Shown: piece after piece, positions 25,000 to 38,813 of the stretch
How the letters are laid out: each line of letters begins with the position of its first letter
Position numbering within the stretch: position 1 is the first letter of the stretch
Origin: Phaeosaccion multiseriatum
Taxonomy: Eukaryota; Protista; Ochrophyta, other classes
Reading direction: 5' to 3'
DNA: 64,000 bases
Assembly: GCA_965112735.1 (NCBI GenBank)
Contig: OZ218952.1
Span: 5,270,001 to 5,334,000 of the forward strand
Notes under the pieces: generated by a model
Seen by the model: the letters and a program-made list of their open reading frames with translations, nothing else
Told to the model about the DNA's origin: nothing
Databases searched by the model: none
Translations under genes and position numbers: made by a program

Positions 25000-25599
25000 G
25001 CTTGTTGTGGTCTCCGTTGGTCCCCTCAAAGGTGTGGACATCCCACGTGACGATGGAGAGAGCTGCTCGAAAGCCGCCTTCGTCGTCGCCCACCGCGGGG
25101 TGGTATTTCTTCTGCTCACCCCCCTTTGCCTCCTTCTCCTCCTTCTTCTCCACGTCCTCCTCTCCGGAGTGGTAGTAGGTCACGGTACCCGTTGCCTCCT
25201 CGACATGGGAAGACAGGAGAGCCCCGTCCAGAGCCTCGACTCGGACAGGCTCCACGCCCACCTGCCTCAGCTGGGAGGACATGTAAGCCCACCTGTCGAG
25301 AGGGAGGAGGGCGAGCGATTACAGCGCATTTGAGCAGCAGGAGAGAGGGGTAGTTTGTTCTCGTTAAGTTGTCGGTGAAAGCGTCGGTCGGTTTGGATTC
25401 CTCTCTCCCTGCCTCCTCACCTATCTGCGCTGCGCCGCAAGTTGATGACGTACACATTGTCCACGGCGCGCATCATGTCCTCCACCCCAGCACCGATTGC
25501 CACCTCCTGACTCTCTTGCTGGGCACGAGGAGCAGCAGCAGCTCTGGCGGCAGAGATGGAAATCACCAGGAGACAGCGCAGCAGGATGGAGTGCAACAT
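22166..25599 (-). CDS. Secreted/membrane glycosyltransferase family 25-like protein with low-complexity inserts
   Basis: Exons ~25599-25421, 25292-24998, 24829-24726, 24459-24225, 23927-23216, 22699-22166. Signal peptide; motifs VYVINLRRSADRW, RVEALDG, LTLSHLRAL, AMVLEDD, LPSDWSVLQL, GAFSYAVSRRG. The 3' end is less certain. Confidence 0.75.
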
Positions 25600-27440
25600 G
25601 TTTTCGAGGCGGTCCTGCTGCTGCTGCTACCGCTGTTATGTTCTAGCTCGTTCCATGACCACCCTAGCTCCTGTCATCTCACCCAGCTTCGCTCTCCAAG
25701 TAGTGGCGGGTGAGAGCGAGGGAGCTTTACTTTTAGGCAGAGACACAGATGGCAGATGGCACTTGAGGAGCTTTATAAGCCTGATTGCTCACAATCACAA
25801 TAGCACAATAGCTAATATTTACGATATGCATGTATTATGCACGTAAGAGAGACACGCTTGATGCCCTGCAGCCTTCCCCTCCTTCGTTATTCGTTATTCG
25901 TGCATACGGCGAGCCGAAGTAAGCCAATTAGCTAAGCCAAGGCAAGGCCAAGGGCACTAACTTCCTCGGGCCAGTCCACATCTGCATCCGGACGAAATGA
26001 CGAAATCAAGCCTCTGTGGAATGAATCATGTTCTGCATCATCCTTACTCCCTCCCACTCCCCATCCACCCGCCACCCCACTCCTCCCTGTGTTCCCCTCT
26101 CTCCCCGCTCGCTCTCCCCCCCCCCCCGGATCCTCCCAAACAATCCATGTAAGTCAGCGGGTGTGCTTCCTTGCCCCTTGCTCCTTGCTCCTTGTGCTTT
26201 GAGCTCCACGATGCCCGTGACCTTCATCCCGTCCTCCCTCCCTCTCCGACTCGCCCCCGCGCCACCCCCATGGCCGACGCTGAGTCCCTCTCCATGATGA
26301 TGATGATGAGCCCCTCGCAGTCTCCACCTTTCACTCGGAGATTGAGGATGACTTCTCCCACCCCACCACAGTGGAGTGAGAGAGAGGAAGAAGAGAGCTC
26401 GATAGAGCTGAGAACCTCCCATCTTCTCCTTCTCTTCGCCGTCGTCCTCCTCCTCCTCCTCCTCCTCCTCCTCCTCCTCCTCCTCCTCCTCCTCCTCCTC
26501 CTCCTCCTCCTCCTCCTCCTCCTCCTCCTCCTCCTCCTCCTCCTCCTCCCCCTTCTTCATTCTTCACGAGTCACCCCAGACAAAGAGACCCGCGGCTCTC
26601 TCGAAGCCTCTTTCCCTCCTCCCCGAATTTCTCTCGAGACCCTTTCCCCTCTCCTTTCTCGTCCCTCGCCATCATCTCCCTCTGTGTGTCTCTCTCGCTC
26701 AATCGTGGACGGACACGCCATGCGCAGGGCACTTGATGACTCTCCTCCTTCCCCCTTTCACGCCTGCCTCCCCTCCCTTCCCCTCACCACTTGCTTTGCC
26801 CTGCCTCGCATGGATATGGGCTCAGTCGCAGGCGATTTTACTGTCAAAAGATGACAGTGTAATGCCGAAGGCCTGGAAAGGGCTGTTTCGATAAATGATG
26901 AATATAACATTCATGTGTGTGAAAGGCATCGGCCGAAGACGAGGCAGAGGAAGAGGGGAATGACAGCGGGTGGTGAGACAGGCATCCCACGATCCATCGA
27001 AACCACAGAGGGCAAGAACAAGACTGGCACTCTACTCTGCACACCTCTGCACACCCACTCGCACACCCATGCATGCTCACGCAAGCGCCGCACACGCACA
27101 CCAACACACACCGCACACACACACACACACACACACACTCTTTCTCTCTCACACACACACAAAGCACTCTCTTTCACACACACAGCACTCTCTCACTCTC
27201 CCTCTCTCTCTCAGCACTCGGTCCCCTCAACCCCGCACCTGCAGGGGCGAAGCTGACGTCATCCTCGAGCACCATTGCCACCTCATCCCCGTTGTGGTAC
27301 GCCATGCACAGGGCACGGAGGTGGGACAGCGTGAGGGCGGCCTAAGCCAGCCAAGCAGAGCACAGACGGAGAGAGAAGCCACGGAGGAGCGTCAGAGATG
27401 GCAGATGACTAGGGCAAGTACACGCAAACGCTTCACACAC

Positions 27441-27508
<68 letters not shown>

Positions 27509-29623
27509 GCTTGTTGTGGTCTCCGTTGGTCCCCTCAAAGGTGTGGACATCCCACGTGACGATGGAGAGAGCTGCTCGAAAGCCGCCTTCGTCGTCGCCC
27601 ACCGCGGGGTGGTATTTCTTCTGCTCACCCCCCTTTGCCTCCTTCTCCTCCTTCTTCTCCACGTCCTCCTCTCCGGAGTGGTAGTAGGTCACGGTACCCG
27701 TTGCCTCCTCGACATGGGAAGACAGGAGAGCCCCGTCCAGAGCCTCGACTCGGACAGGCTCCACGCCCACCTGCCTCAGCTGGGAGGACATGTAAGCCCA
27801 CCTGTCGAGAGGGAGGAGGGCGAGCGATTACAGCGCATTTGAGCAGCAGGAGAGAGGGGTAGTTTGTTCTCGTTAAGTTGTCGGTGAAAGCGTCGGTCGG
27901 TTTGGATTCCTCTCTCCCTGCCTCCTCACCTATCTGCGCTGCGCCGCAAGTTGATGACGTACACATTGTCCACGGCGCGCATCATGTCCTCCACCCCAGC
28001 ACCGATTGCCACCTCCTGACTCTCTTGCTGGGCACGAGGAGCAGCAGCAGCTCTGGCGGCAGAGATGGAAATCACCAGGAGACAGCGCAGCAGGATGGAG
28101 TGCAACATGTTTTCGAGGCGGTCCTGCTGCTGCTGCTACCGCTGTTATGTTCTAGCTCGTTCCATGACCACCCTAGCTCCTGTCATCTCACCCAGCTTCG
28201 CTCTCCAAGTAGTGGCGGGTGAGAGCGAGGGAGCTTTACTTTTAGGCAGAGACACAGATGGCAGATGGCACTTGAGGAGCTTTATAAGCCTGATTGCTCA
28301 CAATCACAATAGCACAATAGCTAATATTTACGATATGCATGTATTATGCACGTAAGAGAGACACGCTTGATGCCCTGCAGCCTTCCCCTCCTTCGTTATT
28401 CGTTATTCGTGCATACGGCGAGCCGAAGTAAGCCAATTAGCTAAGCCAAGGCAAGGCCAAGGGCACTAACTTCCTCGGGCCAGTCCACATCTGCATCCGG
28501 ACGAAATGACGAAATCAAGCCTCTGTGGAATGAATCATGTTCTGCATCATCCTTACTCCCTCCCACTCCCCATCCACCCGCCACCCCACTCCTCCCTGTG
28601 TTCCCCTCTCTCCCCGCTCGCTCTCCCCCCCCCCCCGGATCCTCCCAAACAATCCATGTAAGTCAGCGGGTGTGCTTCCTTGCCCCTTGCTCCTTGCTCC
28701 TTGTGCTTTGAGCTCCACGATGCCCGTGACCTTCATCCCGTCCTCCCTCCCTCTCCGACTCGCCCCCGCGCCACCCCCATGGCCGACGCTGAGTCCCTCT
28801 CCATGATGATGATGATGAGCCCCTCGCAGTCTCCACCTTTCACTCGGAGATTGAGGATGACTTCTCCCACCCCACCACAGTGGAGTGAGAGAGAGGAAGA
28901 AGAGAGCTCGATAGAGCTGAGAACCTCCCATCTTCTCCTTCTCTTCGCCGTCGTCCTCCTCCTCCTCCTCCTCCTCCTCCTCCTCCTCCTCCTCCTCCTC
29001 CTCCTCCTCCTCCTCCTCCTCCTCCTCCTCCTCCTCCTCCTCCTCCTCCTCCTCCTCCTCCCCCTTCTTCATTCTTCACGAGTCACCCCAGACAAAGAGA
29101 CCCGCGGCTCTCTCGAAGCCTCTTTCCCTCCTCCCCGAATTTCTCTCGAGACCCTTTCCCCTCTCCTTTCTCGTCCCTCGCCATCATCTCCCTCTGTGTG
29201 TCTCTCTCGCTCAATCGTGGACGGACACGCCATGCGCAGGGCACTTGATGACTCTCCTCCTTCCCCCTTTCACGCCTGCCTCCCCTCCCTTCCCCTCACC
29301 ACTTGCTTTGCCCTGCCTCGCATGGATATGGGCTCAGTCGCAGGCGATTTTACTGTCAAAAGATGACAGTGTAATGCCGAAGGCCTGGAAAGGGCTGTTT
29401 CGATAAATGATGAATATAACATTCATGTGTGTGAAAGGCATCGGCCGAAGACGAGGCAGAGGAAGAGGGGAATGACAGCGGGTGGTGAGACAGGCATCCC
29501 ACGATCCATCGAAACCACAGAGGGCAAGAACAAGACTGGCACTCTACTCTGCACACCTCTGCACACCCACTCGCACACCCATGCATGCTCACGCAAGCGC
29601 CGCACACGCACACCAACACACAC

Positions 29624-29640
<17 letters not shown>
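24600..29640. repeat. Near-identical ~2.51-kb tandem duplication bounded by (CA)n tracts
   Basis: ~24600-27115 repeats as ~27115-29630 (offset 2509-2513). The only differences noticed are microsatellite lengths. Confidence 0.95.
26758..28108 (-). pseudogene. Truncated GT25 copy (exons 1-3) positioned to splice into a duplicated Tubby last exon
   Basis: Copies of GT25 exons 1-3 at 28108-27239 are followed by the Tubby terminal acceptor/exon copy at 26882-26822. The phase mismatch gives an out-of-frame tail ending at TGA 26760-26758. Confidence 0.6.
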
Positions 29641-29661
<21 letters not shown>

Positions 29662-29703
29662 GAGGCGCATACACACGCGCACACACACACCCGCACACAC
29701 ACC

Positions 29704-29736
<33 letters not shown>

Positions 29737-32700
29737 ACACGCACGCACGCACTCACACACCTGATGGGGTACTGGAAGTCCATCGTAAATTCATCCTTGG
29801 CAACTCGCCCGAACTGCAGAATGATGTTATTCTGGTCGTCGGGAGACACGAGCTGCAGCGTGGGGAACGGGGGGGAGAAGCGCAACACCACAGCAACATC
29901 ACAGCAACACCACAGCAACACCACAGCAACACCACAGCAACACAACAGCAGCACATCACAGCAACACCACAGCAATATCACAGCAACATCCGGCAAGTTG
30001 CACTTAGTCAGAGGTCTTTCGGTGGGGGCTCTTCCTCCGTTTCCGTTCGTGCCGTTCCCCTAAACCTCAAGCCGGGGGGCAGGGGGCTTCAAGCGTGACA
30101 AAGCACAGCAAAAGCAAAGCAACGCAAGGCAAAGCACGGCAAAAACAGCCCCACACTCTCTTGCATCATCACACCACACCACATGATGTCAAATCACATT
30201 TGACCGGACGATAACTCCCTCCCTGCCTGCCGAGTAGTCTCCCTGAGGCCTCCCTTCCTCCATCCGTCTCTGTCTCTGTCTCTCTGTCGTGCCGATGGAG
30301 CACACCCACTCACCCACCCACTCACCCACTCACTCACTCACTCACTCACCCACCTACCACCCACACAACCTCTCTCTTCCTCGCCTTCTTCACCTGAAAG
30401 TTCTTGACGCTGGCCATGGTGACGCGTCCGTTGAAGTTGAGCACATACGCGCTCACCTGTGCATTGTGTGGACATCAAAGCAGCAGAAGTGCAGCAGCAG
30501 AAGTGCAGCATAGAGAAGCAGCAGGAGCAGCGAGGCGCAGACAACGAAGGAAAGGAGGAAGGAGGCAAGGTGAGACAAGAAGGGGGGCAAACCGACAGAA
30601 CGAGGACATGAGAACGTGCCCCAGCCGACTAATCAACCAAGCAACCAACCAACCAACCACCAGTCATCCACCCACCCCAACCACTCAGCCACCCACCCCA
30701 CCTGATCATTCCATCGCGGGGGCTTGTTGATGAGATAGATGATGTCATTGTACTCTCGATTGCGTATTTTGCCGAGCATGTCGTCTTCGTTGGGCCCGGG
30801 CACGCGGTAGCGCTCTACCTCCGCCCCTGTGAGGCGGGGGATGGCTGCCTGCATCTTACGAGGGCCTCTGTTGGAGGGAGGGGAGAGGAGGGGAGGGGAG
30901 AGAGGAGGAGAGGAAGGATGAGTGGCAATGGATGGCGGGGAACGAGCGCGTTGAGCTTGGACTTTGAGGATAGACTCGAGATTCGATTTCGATATCGATA
31001 TCTTGATGGCTTGGTGTTGGGGGTACTGAAGGTAGGGTGTAAGAAAGTCAAAGTGAAAATTTTGATGTGGTTCTTTGTGGTTCTGAGACGCTTCCGAGAC
31101 TACTCTCAGATAGTTCTGAGATGGTTCCGCACCTGCTGCCCATGACGTTGGAGGCGTACACGGCGGAGGCGAGCTCCTGGCGGGGAAGGTCGGAGTGCGT
31201 GCCACCCTCCGCATCCTTGGGGTTGGTGCCGTCGTCGAACACCTGTGAGTGAGATGAGTGAGATGAGGGAGGTAGGTGTATATGAGTGCTCGTGCCTCCC
31301 TCCCTCCCCTCCCCTCCCCTCCTGCCACTCTGCCCCACCCACACACACACATACACACCCACTCACCCACCAACTCCCCACACCCACACCCAGGCACCCA
31401 TATACACACATGCACCGCTGCTCCCATACCCCCATTGACGAACCACACCCACCCACCCATTGACACACTACATCCACCCGCTCACCTGGAACTCCGTCCC
31501 CACGAAGTTGGCCCTGAGCTTGCCCAAGTAGTTCCCGCTCTCTTTGTTGAGGTCACCGGCACGCATTGAAATGAGGTAGTTCGAGGTGCGATTCTTGGCT
31601 CTCTTCTTGCCGCACATGAGGAAGCGGTCACCCTCCTTCATGTAGAGGTGGTACTCGGGGAACACCTAAAGGAGGAGGGGGGGGGGGGATGAGGGAGGAA
31701 ATAGGGAGAATATGACTAAGGGGTAAAACTGATAGTCAAGCTCTTCCTTCCTTCCTTCCTTCCTCACTCCAAACCCCTCCTCCTCCTCCTGCTCCTCCTT
31801 CTCCCCCTTGTATCACCAACTGCTCACCTTCTTCCCTCCGGTCTTGTTCCTCCTTACGTAACACTGCACAATACCCGCCTGCCTCGGAGTGGGTGCCATG
31901 AGGAGCTTGCGCATGTCACTAAAGTCCATTGCATCCGCACTGGATACGCGCGGGGTGGACTCACGCACAGACCCACTCAAAGAGCCGCCCTTGTCGACAT
32001 CCGAGGTAGGGCTGCTCGCGTTGCTCCCGCCCTCTTCCTTGGTGTCCTCCTCCGCCTCTCCGCTCCTATTGGCCGCCAGCTCTAGCTCCAGCTCCTCCTC
32101 CTCCTCCTCGTCATCCTCCTCCTCGTCATCCTCCTCCTCCTCCTCCTCCTCCTCCTCATCATCATCATCATCATCCTCATCATCACCATCATCGTCGCTG
32201 TCCTCCCCCTCCTCCTCGCTGTCCATCCGCCGGTTGCCCCTCCTCCCGCCGCGCTGCTTGCCCTCGGAATCCTCTTTCCTGCTGCTGCCCCCCCTCTTGT
32301 GGGAGCGGCTCTTGCTGCTGCCGGCCCTTCCCTCCTCACCTTGGTCGTCCTCGTCCCTGTTGCTTCTCGGCTTTCTCTTGGGCGACGACGCACCCCCCCT
32401 CTCCCCCTCCTCCTTTTCGTCCTCCTCCTCCTCCTCGTGCCCCCTCCTCCGCGCCGATCTGGAAGAGCCTGTTCGTTGGTGCCCCCCCCCTCCCCCTCCG
32501 TCGCCGTCCTCCTCCTCATCCTCGAAGGAGGAGGATGTTCGGCTCTTGCCCTTGCTGCGACTGTTCTTCGACTCTTGCTCACCCCCCCTGTGACTGTTCC
32601 CCCTTCGATCAGCCCCCCTCTCAGACGGCTTTGAGCCGGCACCATCCCTGTCTCTGTGTGCTGCCTTATCTGCCCTCCCCTTGCTGCTCTTGCTGCCGGT

Positions 32701-34390
32701 GCCCCCCCTCCTCCCTTCCCCAGACATGTGGCTGTCGTTGTCATTGTCACTGTCGTGTTGGTTGTTCAGTCGGTCGGCGCTGCCCTTCCTCCTCACATCG
32801 CTGCTGATCCCTCCCCTTGCCTTGCCCCTCCCTACGGGGCCCTTGCTGCCGCCTATGGACGAAGACCCCCCCACGCTGGCCTTCCTACTCCCTCCACCCG
32901 CGTCTTCCCAATCGTCCTCACCGGAGTCCTCATCCCTCCCGTGGAATCCACTCCCCCTCCTCTTGCCTCCTCGATCCTCTCTCTCCCTGCCGACCACCTT
33001 TCCTCTACCCGACTTTGTTGGACTCGGTCTCTCCCACTGGTCCGCTTCGTCCGGGGCACCCGTCTCGTCGTCTCCTCCTCCCCTCCTGCTGGCCTTTCGA
33101 CCTTCGGTGCCGTTGCCATCACCGTGATTGTCGTCGTCTTGTTGCGCATCGGAGTCTCTGTCCTTTCTCCTCCTTCTCCTTCGCTCGTCCTCCTCCTCTT
33201 CTCCGTCGCTTCTCATGAGGTTGGCAGTTACAGGCCGCCGTCCAAACTCACTGCCCCCGCTCCTCTTAGAAGCCGAAGTCCGCCGTCCGTCCTCTCTCCC
33301 TGTTGTCCCCGATCCCCTCTTTTCCCGTCTTCCCTTCCCTCGCCTTCCTTCTTCGTCGTCCTCCCCTCCCTCCTCTTCCCCATCACTACCCCCACCCCTA
33401 CGGGAGCCCTGCCGACTGTGTGACTTCCCCTCCTTGGTCTCCTCCTCCTCCTCCTCCTCGTCGTCGTCGTCGTCGTCCTCCCCATACGGGTCGTGATCCA
33501 TTGTCCTAGGGGCAGAAAACTGCCTCACTGGTGGAGTAAAGGTGCCTCCCGGCGCTGCTGCCGTAGCCCCAGCCCCCCCCCCGCCTTTCAGATAAGAAGG
33601 GTTGGCGAGCCCTCGACTCAAACCCACGGCGTCGGTGTTGGCTCGAATCGCTCCCCCTGGTCCGTTCTGCTGCCTCCGTTTCATCTGAATCTCCCGCTGC
33701 TGCGCAAGGACTCGAGCTCGGCTTTGACTGGTGGAGCCGAAGGAAGAGCCAAGGTCGAGATCACGGTCGATATCCGCTTCTCGTTGGGCTAGCCCCAGCG
33801 TTCCTCCCTCCGCTGCCCCTCCAGCCGGGGACCCCCCTCCTACTGTGGAGCTCAGCGTCTTGTCGATACTAGAGCGCTGCGGAGGAGGCGCGGACGAAGG
33901 AGCGGGAAGTTTCCTCCTGGTCTTGCCGGACGAACCTACTGAGTCTCTTCCCTGTTTCGCAGGAGAGGGCCGTCAGGCGTCAGGAGCAGCAGCAAGAGCG
34001 GAGAACGCAGTACAGGTGGAGCGTAAGCGGTGCATGTCAGAGAGAGGGGGGGATAAGGGCTTCCCTCAGTCTGCTCATGTGCCCCTCCATCGACGAGAGA
34101 CATGTAGTTTTCCCCTTCGAGAGCAGAGTAGGAGGGAGATGGGTCAGAGCCGTAGGTGATGCAGAAGAGGAGATTCCCAAGACAGGAGGACACCACATCC
34201 TCACATCCTTGTGTCAACAGCGCACCTTGGAGTGCCTCCCGTAGCCTACTGTCGCGGATGCTCCTCCGGTGGTGTCCCTCTCCGCCTTCCCGTGTCGACT
34301 CGTCTTGCTCTCCTCCTGCGGCACCGCGCAGGCTTCTTCTAGCTCCCTCTCCAGGTCTGCCATCTCGAAGGCGCTCTCATCCATAAACAT
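29334..34390 (-). CDS. Tubby-like protein with long disordered N-terminus
   Basis: Exons ~34390-34226, 33951-31828, 31665-31486, 31242-31133, 30867-30702, 30457-30395, 29852-29761, 29394-29334. Motifs [92 protein letters not shown]. Confidence 0.95.
29884..29990. repeat. Intronic 11-mer minisatellite (CAACACCACAG)n
   Basis: Tandem units read directly. Confidence 0.85.
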
Positions 34391-34583
34391 GATCAGATAC
34401 GCGCTAGTGCTGCCCCTTTCTCTCTCTCTTGTACGAGAAGTAGTTGAGGGAGAGAGAAAGGAAAGGAGTAACCGATGATCGCCTGGTGTCAGGACTCAAA
34501 TCGCCATATGCCTCTAAATAATGCGGAGTTCGATTTTTTTTTTCTACAAATTTGCCTCATGTACATAGAGCTTGCTCGAATGT

Positions 34584-36517
34584 CTAAGCTCGGTCGATTG
34601 GAATCCACTCTATACCATCCCCCACCTCCCACAGCCGCTCCCACAGCCGCTCGCGGTCCTCCGCGCTCAGCGCCTGGCAGCCCGCGTTGGCCTCCAGCCT
34701 CCCCCTCACCGACTGCTGCTGCTGTTGCTGTATCACCAACTGCTGTTGCTGTTCGGGGTCGCTCACAGACACAGGCGCAGGTGCAGGTACAGTGCCGTCC
34801 ACGTTGGTCCAGGCTTGCTTACTCTCTCGCCCCTTGGTGTGTCCCCCTGCTCCTGCTGCTGGTAATGCTCCTGCTGCTGCTGCTGCTGCTCCTCCTCCAG
34901 GTCCTCCTCCTGCTGCTGCTGCTGCCCCTCCTCCTCCTCCACTGTTCAGCGGTGTGTCCTCCCAAAGGCACCCAAAAGCGCGGCGGATGCGCCCCAGGCA
35001 GGCCGCTTCGAGCCGCTTGCAAGCGTACTCCAACGCCACCGAGAACAACCCAAACACCTGCGTGGGACGTGACACACACACATATCATATATAAACACAG
35101 CACACACAAGCAGCCACACACACAGCGAGTAGGGTGAGGCTCACAGATGGTGATCTGGTGTGGTGAGAGAGCTCTGCCTCCACATCCAACGTACCCTCCC
35201 TTCGAATTGGATCCCTATACACTATATACCCTATTCTTTACCCTAACCTATCTTATCCTCCAATCTCCCTTCGCTACCCTATACACTTACCCTCTCTGAA
35301 CTCTCTACTACCTCCCCTCCCATCCCATCCCTGTACCTGATCAATGGCGACTGTCGCTAAGCAGAGCACCAACTCATCCTCGCACCGCCTCTTCAGCCCC
35401 TCGACATCGAACATATCCGCCACCTCAAGGAGGTACAGCGCGCCCTCCACAGCTCGCTCCAGACCTTGCTCCAGGCCTTGCTCCAGGCCTTGCTCCAGGC
35501 CTTGCTCCAGCTCGGGAGAGGCGGTGGCTGGGGGGTGGGGATAGCTGGAGGTGGACGCACTCTCATCCGCTTGCTCCTCCCGCTGGATGGCGGTGAAGGG
35601 AAAAGGCGGGCGGGTAGCGGAAGACGCGGAGGACGAGGAGGAAGGGAACGAGGGGCCCGGGATACAGCCAAGGAAGGACAGTGCTGCTCGGAAGAGGGCC
35701 ACCCCTCTGTGAGTGAGACGAGGGGGCACAGGCGGACAGGACAGAGAGGTTGAGGAGTGAAGGAGTGAAGGAAGTGAAGGGTATTATAGCGGGGTTATGG
35801 ATGATGAAGGTGTGAACGTTTGTAAGGCTGCGTCCCTAAACTGAGGGAGGAAAAGAAGGACGTTCGCGGGGCCCGGTCAGTCGGGGGCGGCGGCAAAGCT
35901 TTCGAGTCTCAGGATTCCATCGATTGCAGGACGGAGTGCTTGCTACCCTGCTTGCAGCGCAATACATCCACACGACGCTCGCTCGCTCACTCACTCTCCC
36001 CCTGCCTCACTCACTCACTCACCTTTCGTCGTCCTGCTCGCCAGGGGTGTTGTCCAAGTCGCTCCGTGGGGGCATGAGGGGAAGCGTCAGGCCCACTTCA
36101 CTCTGTGACGCCTCCGAGAAAGGGCCAGAAAGGAGCGCGCGGAATACAGGAGAGACCCTGTTCTTGTCGGCAGTGAGGTATAGGACAGGAGGGATATAGG
36201 GTATATAGTGTGTGGGGGAAAAGGTAAGAGGGGGGGATTTGAGCAGCGGGAGGGGCATGTTTCCGGTTCAGGTCGGGGGATGTGTGGGGTGGGTGGGTGG
36301 GTGGGTGGGTAGGTGGGTGGGAGAGAGGGGATGGAACGCGGACATCGCATGGGGGAGGACCACGCCTGCCACGGAAGGCTCCCCGTGGCCTCCTTTCCTT
36401 CCTTTGTTTGTTGCTTGCTGCCCACCTCTGTTATTGCACATTCACACAAGGGGGCATGGCATGTTGGGCGCACGGCAAGCACGCACGCACACACACCTAC
36501 CTACCTACCCACACAGA

Positions 36518-36572
<55 letters not shown>

Positions 36573-38596
36573 CTACCCACCCACCCCACCCACCTGCAAA
36601 GCGCATCCCGAGCGCAGCCCTCCACCCTGCCCACCACGGCCCTCTCCCCGAGGGGGGCCTTCTCCAGGGGGGCTTCCTCCACCCTGCTGACATCGGAAAC
36701 ACACACGAGTGTCACTGTCGCGCCTCCATCGCTCTCTCCCTCACCACGTTCACTCAGGGCCCCTGCCCTCTTCTCGGGAGGGGGTCGCCCCTCCCCCTCC
36801 CCCTCTCCCTGCTGCTGTATCACCACCTGCTGCTGCTTCTGCTGCTGCTGCCGTCGGAGCGGCCCCTGCAGGCCCAAGTCGAGGAGGTGAATGTCGCCAA
36901 AGTAGGCCTTGCAGTACACGCCTCCGCCCTGCACCAGCAGCTGCGCCCCTACCATCACTGACATGGGGGCGTTCCGCGGGCTGGGCAGCTCCCCAGTCAC
37001 CTCTCCGTTGCTGAAGGACGTACAGCACCTTCCACAGCATACACCAGCACTACACACCCTTCCACACCTCGTCCTCCTCCTACTACTTCCACTACTTCTC
37101 TGCGGATGACAGTTGGCGACGTGCAGTGGCATCGGTACGTTGGGAGTAGGTCGGGAGAGAGCGGTGCGTTGCTGACATACACATTCACCGCCACCTGAGG
37201 CAGCAGCCCCACCACCACCACCACCACCACCAGCAGTTGGTGATACAGCAGGTCCAGCCGCGCAAGGCCGGGGCACGAAGAAAGTCGGAGCCTTGAGACT
37301 TGTAAAGTCCATCACAAAGATTGAGTTGAGGTCCACGGGCTCACTGCTGATATTGTCGCTTGCTGCAGCATTGGCAAAGTCCCGCTGCTCCATGCTCACC
37401 CCTCCGAAGACGATGATGTAACGGTCGGCGAACACGGCTGCGGTGTGGAAGATGCGCCCCGGTGGCGTCTCCCCCGCGCAACGCTCGAGTACTTCTGATG
37501 GCGGTCGGGGCGCTCCTTCTTGTCCCACGCCTCCTTGTGGTTCCGAGCTCGCTCCTCCTCTTCCTCCTTCTCCTCCTCCGCTACCAGAAAGACGACATCC
37601 TCCTCCTTCTTCCCCTTCTTCTCCTTCTTCTCCTCCTCCTCCTCCTCCTCCTCCTCCTCCTCCTCCTCCTCCTCCTCCTCCTCCTCCTCCCCCTCCCCCT
37701 CTGTGTTCTTCTTCCTCTTCACATGCCCCCTCTTGTGCGTCGTCCTCCTCCGCCTCAAAGCTCTCTCTTGTAGGCGTAACGTCTGTCCACTTGAACGAGG
37801 TCAAGTTCAGGGCATAGACGGCAAGCATCGCTGCCCCCGTCAGCGAGGATCCCCCCCCGTAGATGATGAGGCTGTCGTGTCGATCCAGGACGTTTCCCGA
37901 AGCCATGAGCATGTTGATTGGAGGCACGCCGGACGCCGTCACCACACTCCAGACTTGCGTGGTGAGCTCTAGGACATTGATGTCGTAAAGCTTCACCTCT
38001 CTCGCGGACTCGATCAAAAAGCAGCCGCCCACCACGATCATCTGGGCCTTGCCGCTGCTCTCCTTTAGGCAGCTTAGGTGTCCTCTGCGAGGCTTGGGAA
38101 TCGCTCCGCTGGGGTTCAAGCGAGTCCATCTCTCCTTTAATGTATCTAGGATGAGGGTGTCGTTGAGCAGTATGGAAGAGGGCCCAACCCGTCGGTCGTC
38201 TCCTGCTGCTGCAAAGGCGGTACTGTCGCTCACCCCGCCAAACACTACGATGCTGTCCTGCTTCCACACCTGCGCCGAGTGGCCTCTCCTGGCATGGAAA
38301 ATATCCCCATTGTGGCTCATCTGGCGCCAGCTGTTGGTGAGAGTGTCAAAGACGTCAACCCGTGACAGATGCCGAAACTCCGTCGAGGTTTCCTCCTCCT
38401 CTCCATCCCCCTCTTGCTTTCCTCGCCTTGGCAGGGCCACGCCTCCTCCAATCACGATAAGATACCGATCCCTAATCATACTTAGGGTGTGTGAGCATCG
38501 AGGAGGGGGGTCTCCGGTTCTGGTGTGCACCCTCCTCCAGCGCTTCGTCGCGTCTCTCAACTGCCCAGGCTCGAAAGACGCCGATAGAAACGACAT
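34584..38596 (-). CDS. Kelch-repeat + BTB/BACK protein (LZTR1-like architecture)
   Basis: Exons ~38596-36594, 36157-36023, 35706-35337, 35057-34584. Six Kelch motifs (PPPRCSHT..IGGG, ARRGHS..FGG, PRRGH..VGG, GRIFHT..FGG, PSPRN..QGG); BTB SPVFRALLSGPFSEA and LLEVADMFDVEGLKRRCE. Confidence 0.85.
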
Positions 38597-38813
38597 CCTC
38601 TAAGGGGGGGTGCGATGAAGTAGCACCGCGGCAGAGACTATCCCTTCAAGTACTTAGTGAAGGAAGAGATGCGTAAGCCACTCTTTGATGAAGGTCAAGC
38701 AAGGGAGAAAGGGAGAAGGGGAAAGGGGAAAGGGCCGCTGCCAATTGTGAGAAAGTGACCAACACGTGAACTTCTGCCTCGTTGCTCAAGACGATTCTCA
38801 AGACTCTCTCTCA

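Noticed and set aside
26006-26854. Long poly-E/poly-L/poly-G ORFs (also 16557-17277, 28515-29366, 50919-51496, 53219-53980)
   Set aside because: Stop-free microsatellites in introns, UTRs or intergenic DNA, with no domain signal.
31889-33496. Plus-strand ORFs opposite the Tubby long exon (similarly opposite Kelch, AIF and ankyrin exons)
   Set aside because: Antisense shadows of GC-rich coding sequence.
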